DNA of 64,000 nucleotides from Lautropia sp. (lineage in GTDB: Bacteria; Pseudomonadota; Gammaproteobacteria; Burkholderiales; Burkholderiaceae_E), in NCBI GenBank assembly GCA_050248115.1, contig JBFWSZ010000009.1, forward strand, positions 142,475 through 206,474, written 5' to 3'. The translations under genes were made by a program, and so were the position numbers. The notes under the pieces are model-generated. The model did no database searches and was not told the origin of the DNA. It was given only the letters and a program-made list of their open reading frames with translations. This document shows, piece after piece, positions 54,347 to 62,967 of this stretch. Position 1 is the stretch's first letter. Every line of letters starts with the position of its first letter.

Positions 54347-54448
54347 CGAGAGTAAGGGCAACGACTTCTAATCGCCCGCGTGCGCGGGACAGGGCCCTTG
54401 CCTCCAGGTGTTCGTACCGGGAAAATGGAAGCGATTCCCTTACTCTCG
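54347..54448. repeat. Perfect 12-bp inverted repeat flanking a 78-bp segment
   Basis: CGAGAGTAAGGG at 54347-54358 and its exact reverse complement CCCTTACTCTCG at 54437-54448. The enclosed segment holds a second palindrome, CCCGCG-tg-CGCGGG (54374-54387). The element lies in the divergent hemerythrin/recombinase intergenic region, and its right arm ends 7 nt before the recombinase ATG. Confidence 0.7.
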
Positions 54449-54455
54449 AACTGGC

Positions 54456-55430
54456 ATGAGCGGTCTGCAAGCTTCACTGTTCCCGGACGACCCCGCGCAG
54501 CACGCCCTCGACGCGGCGCTGGCGCAGTGGCTGACCACCCGGCGGGGCGAAGGGGGGAAGCCGCTTCGCCGCCGCTCGGAGCAGAGCTATCGGCGACTCT
54601 GGGCCGCGGTGGCGCGGTTTCTCGGCGACCGGCAGATCGCGTTGGGCGCGGTGTCGACCTCGGACCTTCGCGAACTGCTCGATTCACGCCAGCCGCGAGG
54701 CGAGGCGCTGCACGCGACCGTCCGCTATGGCTGGACCGTGCTGTGGCTCATCGAACAGGTCGCGCTCGCGATGGGGGATGCAGGCAAGGCTGCCGCGCGT
54801 GCCGCGCGCGAGCTCCTGGACGCGGAGCCGTGGCGCTATGCGAACGCGAACGATTCGGCGATTCCCGACCATCTCGACCCGCGGGCGGCGCGGGTACTGA
54901 TCGATTTCCTGCAGGTAGCACCCGACACTTGGAAAGCCTGCCGCGACAAGGCGGCGGTCGCGCTGATGCTGGGCGCGGGCCTGCGGCCGGGCGAAGTCCG
55001 CAGCCTGTTGCTGTGCGAAGTCGTCGGCAGCGAGCGCACCGGCCCCTGGAAGCTCTCGCTCGAGTCGCGCAACGCGATCGTGGCGCACGAGACCCCGATG
55101 GCGCGCTGGGCCTCGAGGCTGCTTCGCCGCTGGCTCGAAACCAGGGAGGCGCTCGGAATGCCCGGCGGTTACGTCTTCGCCAGCACCGCCAGGGGCACGG
55201 CCTGGAGCGAGCCGAACCTCATCGCGCGGTGCAATGCGGTGCTCTCGCAGTCGGGGATCGACGGCAGGCACGCGGCGGGCGGCCTCTTCTTCCTGCGCCA
55301 CACGTTCGCGTTGCGCCAGCTCGCGCGCGGCCGAAGCGACGCCGAACTCGCTCGGTGGCTCGGCATCAGGGACGTCGGACGCATCGCGCGCTATCACGGC
55401 GTGATCCCGGCCCCGGTCGACGTGGCCTGA
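54456..55430 (+). CDS. Tyrosine recombinase (XerC/XerD / phage-integrase family), atypical active site
   Basis: ATG at 54456 in ORF 54408-55430; GTG at 54408 is an alternative. Box I is ALMLGAGLRPGEVRSL. Box II is FLRHTFALRQLARG....ARWLGIRDVGRIARYH, with the Tyr nucleophile present. Both conserved His positions look substituted. Confidence 0.75.
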   Translation: MSGLQASLFPDDPAQHALDAALAQWLTTRRGEGGKPLRRRSEQSYRRLWAAVARFLGDRQIALGAVSTSDLRELLDSRQPRGEALHATVRYGWTVLWLIEQVALAMGDAGKAAARAARELLDAEPWRYANANDSAIPDHLDPRAARVLIDFLQVAPDTWKACRDKAAVALMLGAGLRPGEVRSLLLCEVVGSERTGPWKLSLESRNAIVAHETPMARWASRLLRRWLETREALGMPGGYVFASTARGTAWSEPNLIARCNAVLSQSGIDGRHAAGGLFFLRHTFALRQLARGRSDAELARWLGIRDVGRIARYHGVIPAPVDVA

Positions 55431-55653
55431 AGCCTCCGCCGCGCTCGCGGGGCGCCCGTGTAGCCCGGCCGTGCGGCGCGGCGCCGACCGGGTGTTCCAC
55501 GATCCGGGGTTTGGACGGCGCCGACCCGCCGGACCCGAATCAACGCGGACGCGGCGCCCGAGCGCTCCCCTACAATGGTCGCTGTCGAAGGTTCGCTTCG
55601 ATCAGGCGCGTTTGCGAGCGTGGATGGAAACGGCCTGCAAGAGACTGCGACCC

Positions 55654-56526
55654 ATGTCGGACTATCTGGTTCAGGGCAAGCTCGGGTTCACCGCCGGCTA
55701 CAAGCTGCAGCGACGGTGGGGGCTCACCGAGGCCTGCGTGTTCACGCTCGAATGCGCTGGTGCGCCGCTTCTCGCGATGTCGCTGATGCTGAAGACGGAG
55801 CCGGCAGCCTATCTCACCGGCCTGATGATGGTGATGCTCGCGATCGGCCTGCTGCTGCACCACCTCGGCCACCCGCGCCGCGCGTGGAAGGCCGTGCTCA
55901 ACGTGCGCCATTCGTGGATCAGCCGAGGCACCCTTGCGCTCGGGGCGTTCGTCCTGCTCGGCGCCGCCTGGCTGGCCGTCGGCCTGGGCGGCGGGTCGTT
56001 GCTCGATGGACGAGCCGCGGCGTCGATCGCGTGGGTGTTCGCGGCGGGAGCGCTCTTCATCGGGCTGTACCCCGGGCTGGTGCTGTCCGCGTCGCCGGCG
56101 ATCGCGTTCTGGAACAGCGGCCTGCTGCCGCTCCTGTCGTTGCTGCAGGGCGTCGCGAGCGCGACCGCGATGCTCGTCGCCTTCGCGGGACACGACGCAG
56201 CACCTCACGCGCCGCGGCTCGCGACCGTGCTGCTCTGGCTGCTCGCGGCCAATGCGCTCGTGCTGGCGCTGTACGTCGCGGGCATGCTCGGGCGTGGCGC
56301 GGCGGCGGCCGAGTCGGCGAGGCACCTGCTGCGCGATCACGCGGCGCTCTTCGTCGCGGGGGCCTGCGGGCTCGGGATCGTGCTGCCGTTCGCCCTGACG
56401 GCGTCGCTCGCGCCCGAGCGGGCGGGCAGCATCGTGCTCGCGCTCGGCGCGCTCGCCCGGCTGCTCGGCGACCTCGCGCTGCGCCAGTCGTTCCTGAAGG
56501 TCGGCATGTTCGAACGCGTCATCTGA
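55654..56526 (+). CDS. NrfD/PsrC-type integral membrane quinone-interacting subunit of a complex iron-sulfur molybdoenzyme
   Basis: ATG at 55654 (or 55624) in ORF 55471-56526. About 290 aa with about 8 hydrophobic helices and the NrfD-like start ...W.L.EA..F.LE.AGA.LL.... Confidence 0.75.
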   Translation: MSDYLVQGKLGFTAGYKLQRRWGLTEACVFTLECAGAPLLAMSLMLKTEPAAYLTGLMMVMLAIGLLLHHLGHPRRAWKAVLNVRHSWISRGTLALGAFVLLGAAWLAVGLGGGSLLDGRAAASIAWVFAAGALFIGLYPGLVLSASPAIAFWNSGLLPLLSLLQGVASATAMLVAFAGHDAAPHAPRLATVLLWLLAANALVLALYVAGMLGRGAAAAESARHLLRDHAALFVAGACGLGIVLPFALTASLAPERAGSIVLALGALARLLGDLALRQSFLKVGMFERVI

Positions 56527-56535
56527 ATCGGCACC

Positions 56536-59151
56536 ATGGACCCGAGCCAGCACGGTCATCCCGCGTCCCCGATCACCGGTCCCGACCCGGCCACGCCTGA
56601 CGACCGGTGGGTGCCGACCGTCTGCCTCGGCTGCTACAACTGCTGCGGGATCAGGGTGCGCCGGGTCGCGCAGAAGGTCGTCGACGTCGTCGGCGATCCC
56701 GATTCGCCGAACTCTCGCGGCCATATCTGCGCGAAGGGCAAGGCGCGCTTCTTCGACCTCTACCACCCGAACCGGGTAACGCGCCCGCTGCGACGCCGCA
56801 ACCCGGAGAAGGGCGTGGGCGTGGATCCGCAGTGGGAGCCGATCTCCTGGGACGAAGCGCTGGACGAGGTGGCTGCCAGGCTCCGGGAGACGCGCGAGCG
56901 GGACCCGCGCGGCCTCGTCATCGCCCATTTCGATCTTCCGGCGTACGGCATCAGCAGCGCGTTCGGTGCCGCCTTCGGAACGCCGAACCTGCATTGGAAC
57001 CGGGCCGACTATTGCGGCGCGGCGCCGCACGTCGCCAACCTGTTGATCAACGGCTCGTTCAACGGCGAGGTGGATCTGGACCTGTGCAACCACATCGTGC
57101 TGTGGGGCACGCAGCTGGGGCACCTGGTCGAGACGATCCCGCTGCACGCCGCGCACAAGATGGCCGACGCGCGGGCGCGTGGCGCACGCCTGGTCGTGAT
57201 CGACCCGTTCTGTACGAACGCCGCCGCCAAGGCAGACGAGTGGGTGCCGATCCGTCCGGGCACCGACGGCGCGCTGGCATTGGGCATGCTCAGGACGATG
57301 GTGGTCGAGGACGGGACGGTCGACCACGCGTTCCTGAAGCGCCACACGAATGCGGCCTATCTCGTGCAGGCCGACGGGCACTATCTGCGCGACGAGGCCA
57401 GCCGCAAGCCGCTGGTATGGGATGCCGCTGGCGGGCGGGCGGCGCCGTTCGACGAGGTCGCGCCCGAGGCGGTCGCACTCGACGGCACGCATGTCGTCGG
57501 GTCGATCGAGGTGAAGCCCGCCTTCGAGGCGCTCCGACTGCACCTCGAGCGCATGTCGATCGACGAGATCGCCTCGATCACGACCATTGCCGCGCCGACG
57601 ATCCGCAGGCTCGCGCGCGACTTCGTCGCAGCGGCACGGATCGGCAGCACGATCGTCGTCGACGGCCAGGTGCTGCCGCTGCGCCCGGCGGCGATCCACT
57701 TCAAGCGCGGCTCCGGCGCCCACAAGGGCGGCTTCCACACGATGCTCGCGATCCACCTGATCAACGTGATGGTGGGCAACATCGACGTGCCCGGTGGCCA
57801 GCGCGGCGTCAATCCGATCGGCCCGTACTGGCAGGTCGAGACGGACAACGACGGCATGCTGATCCCGTCGCCGATCATCACCAAGTACAGCCGCCCGTAT
57901 CCCGCGAGCGAGCCCAAGACCCCGACGACCTTCGACCTGCGCGAGCTCTTTCCGACCTCGCTGTTCACGCGCGGCCTCTACCCGCTGGCCATCTCGCAGC
58001 CCGAGCGCTTCGGCATCCCGTATCGCGCCAGCGTGCTGATGCACGGGCGCACCAACCTGATGATGAACAGCCACAACGCCGAGGCGATGGCGAGCGTTCT
58101 GAAGTCGATTCCGTTCCAGGTCTCATTCGCCGACGGCATCGACGAGACGGTGGAGTTCGCCGACATCGTGCTGCCGGACGCGCACGACTACGAGCGGTGG
58201 GACCTCTTTCCGGCCAACGACCCCTACGCGTTCATCACGCCGGGGCCGGGCGAGTGGTTCTGGCTGATGCGCCAGCCCGTGCTGGAGGCGCCCGACGGCG
58301 TCCGCCCGTGGACCGAGGTCTGTCTCGAGCTCGCCGAGCGTCTCGGCATCCTCGAGAAGCTCTACGAGCTCGGCAACGGCATCTGGCGCATCGACGAGGC
58401 GAACCGCCTGGATCCGACGCAGCGCTACAGCGTGCGCGACATCGCCGAGCGGCAGGCGAAGTCGATCGTCGGCGCGCAGTTCAGCATCGGCGACCTTCGC
58501 GACAGCGCCTGCGTCGTCACCCGCGACAAGACGCTCGCCGAGGCCTTTCCTCGCCCGTTCCTCACCGCGCGCATGCCGATCTACTTCGAGCACCTGATCG
58601 ATGCCGGTCGCGAGGTCGCGGCGGTCGCCGACCGACTCGGGCTCGACGGATGGGACGTGACGCCGTACGCGCCGCTGCTGAGCTTCTTCGCGTGCGAGGC
58701 GCTCGAGCCCGACGGGGACTTCGACCTCTTCATCGTCAATTTCAAGGTGCCCTTCCAGACCTTCTCGGTCACGGCGGAGAACCCGTGGATCGACGAGATC
58801 TCGCGCGCGAACCCGTACACCTACAACGTGATGATGAACCGCGCGACTGCGGTCGCAAAGGGGCTCGGCGACGGCGATGCGGTGCTGGTGGAATCGCGAC
58901 ACGGCACCGAGCGCGCGACGCTCCGGCTCACCGAGCTCATCCACCCGGAGTGCCTCGGCATCCCGGGCATGTTCGGGCACTGGGCGGCGCGCAAGACCGT
59001 GTCGAACCGCAAGGGCGCGTCGTTCAACAACCTGCTGCCGCCGCCGGACCTGTCGCGCATCGACATCGTCACCGGCCAGGTCGATTCATGCACGCGCGTG
59101 CGGGTCAGCCGCATCCCGGAGCCCGGCGTTCACAGACGGAGGTGGCGGTGA
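56536..59151 (+). CDS. Molybdopterin (bis-MGD) oxidoreductase catalytic subunit, DMSO-reductase family, without Tat signal
   Basis: 871 aa. N-terminal FS0 motif CLGCYNCCGIRV...GHICAKG. Mo-enzyme core motifs follow (...RPGTDGALALGM...). The C-terminal barrel ends ...VTGQVDSCTRVRV. There is no RR motif in the 30 residues before the first Cys. Confidence 0.88.
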   Translation: MDPSQHGHPASPITGPDPATPDDRWVPTVCLGCYNCCGIRVRRVAQKVVDVVGDPDSPNSRGHICAKGKARFFDLYHPNRVTRPLRRRNPEKGVGVDPQWEPISWDEALDEVAARLRETRERDPRGLVIAHFDLPAYGISSAFGAAFGTPNLHWNRADYCGAAPHVANLLINGSFNGEVDLDLCNHIVLWGTQLGHLVETIPLHAAHKMADARARGARLVVIDPFCTNAAAKADEWVPIRPGTDGALALGMLRTMVVEDGTVDHAFLKRHTNAAYLVQADGHYLRDEASRKPLVWDAAGGRAAPFDEVAPEAVALDGTHVVGSIEVKPAFEALRLHLERMSIDEIASITTIAAPTIRRLARDFVAAARIGSTIVVDGQVLPLRPAAIHFKRGSGAHKGGFHTMLAIHLINVMVGNIDVPGGQRGVNPIGPYWQVETDNDGMLIPSPIITKYSRPYPASEPKTPTTFDLRELFPTSLFTRGLYPLAISQPERFGIPYRASVLMHGRTNLMMNSHNAEAMASVLKSIPFQVSFADGIDETVEFADIVLPDAHDYERWDLFPANDPYAFITPGPGEWFWLMRQPVLEAPDGVRPWTEVCLELAERLGILEKLYELGNGIWRIDEANRLDPTQRYSVRDIAERQAKSIVGAQFSIGDLRDSACVVTRDKTLAEAFPRPFLTARMPIYFEHLIDAGREVAAVADRLGLDGWDVTPYAPLLSFFACEALEPDGDFDLFIVNFKVPFQTFSVTAENPWIDEISRANPYTYNVMMNRATAVAKGLGDGDAVLVESRHGTERATLRLTELIHPECLGIPGMFGHWAARKTVSNRKGASFNNLLPPPDLSRIDIVTGQVDSCTRVRVSRIPEPGVHRRRWR

Positions 59152-59747
59152 GCAAGTACGCGATGGCGATCGATCTGTCCCGATGCAACGGCTGCAATGC
59201 CTGTGTCGTCGCCTGCAAGGTCGAGCACAGCGCGCCGAACGAGATCCTGCTGACGACGATCCTCGAGAAGGAGGTCGGCCGGTATCCGGACGCCAATCGC
59301 CTGTTCTTCCCGGTGCTGTGCAACCACTGCGAAGCGCCGCCCTGCGTTCCGGTGTGCCCCACCAGGGCGACCTTCAAGCGCGAAGACGGCATCGTGCTGA
59401 TCGAGGACGACGACTGCATCGGCTGCGGCGCCTGCATCGCGGCCTGCCCTTACGAGCAGCGCTTCTACGTCGAGGACGAGCGCACGTGCTTTCCGTCCGG
59501 CGAAGGCCGCTACCTCAACCCGCACGCGCACAAGGCGCAGCAGGGCGTTCCGGTGAAGTGCGACTTCTGCTTTCACCGGGTCGACGAAGGCCGCCCGCCC
59601 GCCTGCGTCGAGGCGTGTCCGACCGAGGCGCGGATCTTCGGGCTCCTGGACGCGGGCGAGAAGCCGCTGAACGCGCTGATCAGTCGCGAGAACTGCTTCA
59701 CGCTGCTGCCCGACAAGGGCACCAAGCCGAACGTGTACTATTTTTGA
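59148..59747 (+). CDS. Four-cluster 4Fe-4S ferredoxin subunit (DmsB/PsrB-like)
   Basis: GTG at 59148 (GTGA overlap) in ORF 56607-59747; ATG at 59160 is an alternative. Four Cys groups: CNGCNACVVAC, CNHCEAPPCVPVCP, CIGCGACIAACP and CDFC...CVEACP. Confidence 0.88.
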   Translation: MSKYAMAIDLSRCNGCNACVVACKVEHSAPNEILLTTILEKEVGRYPDANRLFFPVLCNHCEAPPCVPVCPTRATFKREDGIVLIEDDDCIGCGACIAACPYEQRFYVEDERTCFPSGEGRYLNPHAHKAQQGVPVKCDFCFHRVDEGRPPACVEACPTEARIFGLLDAGEKPLNALISRENCFTLLPDKGTKPNVYYF

Positions 59748-59793
59748 TCGCAAGCCGACATCGAATCGATCGCCTGATACCGGGAGGAAGCAC

Positions 59794-61098
59794 ATGAGCA
59801 ATGCCAAGAGGGCCTCGGGGCCCATCGTCGAACCCGTCGTTCACCACGCAGCCGAGGCCGTCGCCTCGCCTCGTGCCTCGCGGCGCGGCCTGTTGAAGGG
59901 AAGCGGCGCGGGGGCGGCGCTGGCCCTGCTCGGCGGTGCGGTCGGTGCGCCGCGCGTGGCCGGTGCGCAGGCGCCGACGGTCAAGATCGGCTCGATCGGT
60001 CCGTTGACCGGCGCACTCGCCTACAACGGCAACCAGGCGAAGGCAGGCATCCAGTACGCCGTGGACGACATCAACGCGAAGGGCGGCATCAAGAGCCTGG
60101 GCGGCGCGAAGCTCGAGGTGATCTACACCGACGCCGAATCCCGTCCCGACGTCGCGGCCGCGCAGGTCGACAAGCTCGCGGAAGCCGGCGTCAGCTGTCT
60201 CGTCGGCTGCCAGGCGAGCAGCCTCACGCTCGCGACGACCCAGGCGGCGGCGCGCTACAAGCTGCCGCAGGTGATCGACGTCGGCACCGCCGAGCAGATC
60301 GTCGAACGGGGCCTGCCGAACGTGTTCCGCTTCTCGCCGGGCGTGGTGCGCTCGGTCGAGCAGGGCATCGTGAACCTGGACACCATCAACAAGAATTCCG
60401 GCAAGAAGGTCAAGACGGTCGCGGTCGTGCACGAGGAGGGTCCGTTCGGATCGGGCATGGCGAAGATCCTGAAGGAGAAGCTGCCCGGCATCGGCCTCGA
60501 GGTGATCGAGACGATCAGCCATCCGACGCCCCAGCGCGACTTCAACAACATCGTGCTTCGGCTCAAGGCGGTGAAGCCCGACCTCGTGATGCCGTCGCAC
60601 TACATCAACGAGTTCATCCTGTTCGCGCGAACGATGCGCCAGCAGCGCTTCTCGCCCAAGGCGATGTATTCGATCTACGGCGGCGGCGCGTCGAACATCC
60701 GGTTCGTGCGCGAGCACAACGAGGCGGCCCAGTACATCATCGACACCAACCACTGGTACGACCCGCGCCGCGAGCTGTCCAAGTCGGTGGCCAAGCGGGC
60801 GGCCGACGCCAAGCTCGACCTGACCTACGACATCATGGTGGCGTACGGTGCGACGCAGCTGATCGGCGACGCGCTCGAGCGTGCGAAGTCTTCCGACCGC
60901 GAAAGGCTGATCGAGACACTCGCGACCGAGACCTTCAACGAGACGATCATGCCCTACGGCCCGATCAAGTTCGTGAAGGGCGACAACACCGGCTCGCGGC
61001 TGGTGAACACGCAGATCCGCGGCGACAAGATCGAGGTGATCTTCCCCAAGGAATTCGCGACGATCGAGCCCGTCTTCCCGATGCCAGGACGCATCTGA
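59794..61098 (+). CDS. Leu/Ile/Val-type ABC transporter substrate-binding protein with Tat-like signal
   Basis: 434 aa. Contains SRRGLLKGSGAGAALALLGGA...A.APTVKIGSIGPLTGALAYNGNQAKAGIQYAVDDINAKGGI. GGAGGAAG RBS. Confidence 0.85.
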   Translation: MSNAKRASGPIVEPVVHHAAEAVASPRASRRGLLKGSGAGAALALLGGAVGAPRVAGAQAPTVKIGSIGPLTGALAYNGNQAKAGIQYAVDDINAKGGIKSLGGAKLEVIYTDAESRPDVAAAQVDKLAEAGVSCLVGCQASSLTLATTQAAARYKLPQVIDVGTAEQIVERGLPNVFRFSPGVVRSVEQGIVNLDTINKNSGKKVKTVAVVHEEGPFGSGMAKILKEKLPGIGLEVIETISHPTPQRDFNNIVLRLKAVKPDLVMPSHYINEFILFARTMRQQRFSPKAMYSIYGGGASNIRFVREHNEAAQYIIDTNHWYDPRRELSKSVAKRAADAKLDLTYDIMVAYGATQLIGDALERAKSSDRERLIETLATETFNETIMPYGPIKFVKGDNTGSRLVNTQIRGDKIEVIFPKEFATIEPVFPMPGRI

Positions 61099-61111
61099 TC
61101 CAGCCGGACCG

Positions 61112-61984
61112 ATGCTGAGCCTCGTCCTGCCGGCGGCGATCAGCGGTCTCGCGACGGGCGCGGTCTACGCGCTCGTCGCGCTCGGCCTCACGCTGATCTA
61201 CGGGGTGCTTCACATCATCAACTTCGCGCACGGCAGCCTGTTGATGGCGGCGCTCTACTCGGCGTACTTCCTGAATCGGCACGCCGGGCTCGACCCCTAC
61301 GTCGCGCTGCCGCTGCTGACGGTGGTGTTCTTCGGGCTCGGCTATGCGCTGCAGCGCTATGTGATCAGCCCGTTCAGCCACGGCAAGGACGGCAACATCC
61401 TGCTCGTGACGCTCGCGATCGCGATCATCGTCGACAACCTCGCGCTGTACTTCTTCACGTCCAACACCCGCACGATCGACGTCGCGCTCGCCGGCGAGAT
61501 GGTCGAGATCGGCCCGGCGTTCGTGCCGCTGCCACGGGTGATCGCCTTCGTCGCCTCGATCGCGATCGCCGGCCTGCTGTGGCTGGTGCTGGCGCGCACG
61601 CGGCTCGGCAAGGCGATCCGCGCGGTCGCTCTCGAGAAGCGCGGCGCCGAACTGATGGGCATCGACGTCAGGCACACCTATGCGATGTGCTTCGGCATCG
61701 GTTCGGCATGCGTGGCGGCGGCGGCTTGCCTGCTGCTGCCGTCGTTCTACGTGACCCCGCAGGTCGGCTACGCATTCGTCCTCGTCGCGTTCACGACGGT
61801 GGTGATGGGCGGCATGGGCTCGCTGCCCGGCGCACTGGTCGCAGGCCTGCTGCTCGGCGTCGTCGAGGCGCTGTGCGGGCTCTTCTTCGGCGAGACTCTC
61901 GGTCAGATCGGCATCTACGCGTGCTTCATCCTCACGCTGCTGTTCCGGCCGGCGGGGCTCTTCAGCGCGAGGGCGGCGCGTTGA
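61112..61984 (+). CDS. livH: Branched-chain amino acid-type ABC permease (LivH-like)
   Basis: 290 aa. Contains GLATGAVYALVALGLTLIYGVLHIINFAHG. Confidence 0.85.
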   Translation: MLSLVLPAAISGLATGAVYALVALGLTLIYGVLHIINFAHGSLLMAALYSAYFLNRHAGLDPYVALPLLTVVFFGLGYALQRYVISPFSHGKDGNILLVTLAIAIIVDNLALYFFTSNTRTIDVALAGEMVEIGPAFVPLPRVIAFVASIAIAGLLWLVLARTRLGKAIRAVALEKRGAELMGIDVRHTYAMCFGIGSACVAAAACLLLPSFYVTPQVGYAFVLVAFTTVVMGGMGSLPGALVAGLLLGVVEALCGLFFGETLGQIGIYACFILTLLFRPAGLFSARAAR

Positions 61985-62967
61985 GTCGCGGTCCGGTATC
62001 GACCCTCGTGCTCGCCGAGTCGATCGCGCTGGTCGCGATGCTGGTGGCGGTCGCGGTGCCGTTCTTCCTGAGCTCGCAGGGCACGATCGGCTTCGCGATT
62101 AACGCGATGCTGATCAGCCTGCTCGGCATCGCGTGGAACCTCACCGGCGGCTTCGGCGGGCTGATGTCCTTCGGCCACGCGGTGCTGTTCGGCAGCGGCG
62201 CCTATGCGAGCGCGATGCTTCAGATCCACCTGGGGCTGAACGCCTGGCTCGCCGCCGCGTTCGGCATCCTCGCCGGCGGGCTGGTGGGTGCGTTCGTGGG
62301 GGCGCTGTCCTTTCGCTACGGGCTTCGCGGTTCCTACTTCGCGCTGGTGACGCTCGCGTTCGCCGAGGTGTTCCGGGTGCTGGCGAGCTCGTTCCAGGTG
62401 ACCGGCGGGGGTACCGGCCTGTCGGTGGACCTGAAGCCCGGCATCGCGAACCTGCAGTTCGCCGATCGGCTCTCGAGCTACGGCTTCGTCGTGATCCTCG
62501 TGGCGATCGCCCTGCTGGTGTCGCTCGCGGTCAGGCGGTCGCGTTTCGGCGCATGGCTGATCGCGGTGCGCGAGAACGAGGAGGCCGCCAAGGCGGTCGG
62601 CGTCGACGTCTTCCGGATCAAGGTCGCGGCCATGGCGCTGTCCGGCCTGATCGCGGGCGGCGCGGGTGTCGCGTACCTGCAGATCTACCTGTTCGTCGAC
62701 GCGCCGATCGGATTCGGCCCGACGATGTCGATCGACGCGCTGCTCGGTCCGATGATCGGTGGGGCGGGCACGCTCATGGGCCCGGTGCTGGGCACGGTCG
62801 TGCTGCACGTGATCGGCGAAGTGGCGAAGGATTTCATCGGCGACGCCCCAGGCCTGAACCTGGTGCTCTACGGTGTGGTGCTGCTGCTGATCCTGCGGTT
62901 CATGCCCAACGGGTTGATGGGCGTACTGAGCGCGCTGCTGCGACGCGCCCGCGGCGGGGGCGGGTGA
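61981..62967 (+). CDS. livM: Branched-chain amino acid-type ABC permease (LivM-like)
   Basis: TTG at 61981 (TTGA overlap) in ORF 61579-62967. Contains GIAWNLTGGFGGLMSFGHAVLFGSGAY...AVRENEEAAKAVGVDV. Confidence 0.8.
   Translation: MSRGPVSTLVLAESIALVAMLVAVAVPFFLSSQGTIGFAINAMLISLLGIAWNLTGGFGGLMSFGHAVLFGSGAYASAMLQIHLGLNAWLAAAFGILAGGLVGAFVGALSFRYGLRGSYFALVTLAFAEVFRVLASSFQVTGGGTGLSVDLKPGIANLQFADRLSSYGFVVILVAIALLVSLAVRRSRFGAWLIAVRENEEAAKAVGVDVFRIKVAAMALSGLIAGGAGVAYLQIYLFVDAPIGFGPTMSIDALLGPMIGGAGTLMGPVLGTVVLHVIGEVAKDFIGDAPGLNLVLYGVVLLLILRFMPNGLMGVLSALLRRARGGGG

Noticed and set aside
54452-54469. Sigma-54-like TGGCAT...TGCA at the recombinase start
   Set aside because: The GG-to-GC spacing is 13 nt instead of the required 11, and the element overlaps the start codon.
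55431-55653. Possible molybdenum-cofactor riboswitch or promoter upstream of the CISM operon (GCCTCCG heptamer, TACAAT hexamer at 55571-55576, TCGAAG-gttcg-CTTCGA hairpin at 55585-55601)
   Set aside because: Only a short fragment resembles the Moco motif. No matching -35 lies upstream of TACAAT, and the hairpin is short. A covariance-model scan would be needed, so nothing is called.
55570-58074. 834-aa ORF antisense to the NrfD and molybdopterin subunit genes (also 38754-41069 minus, 771 aa; 23430-25841 plus, 803 aa; 50256-51857 plus; 35772-37289 plus)
   Set aside because: All are GC-driven shadow ORFs overlapping genes with clear family signatures on the other strand or frame.
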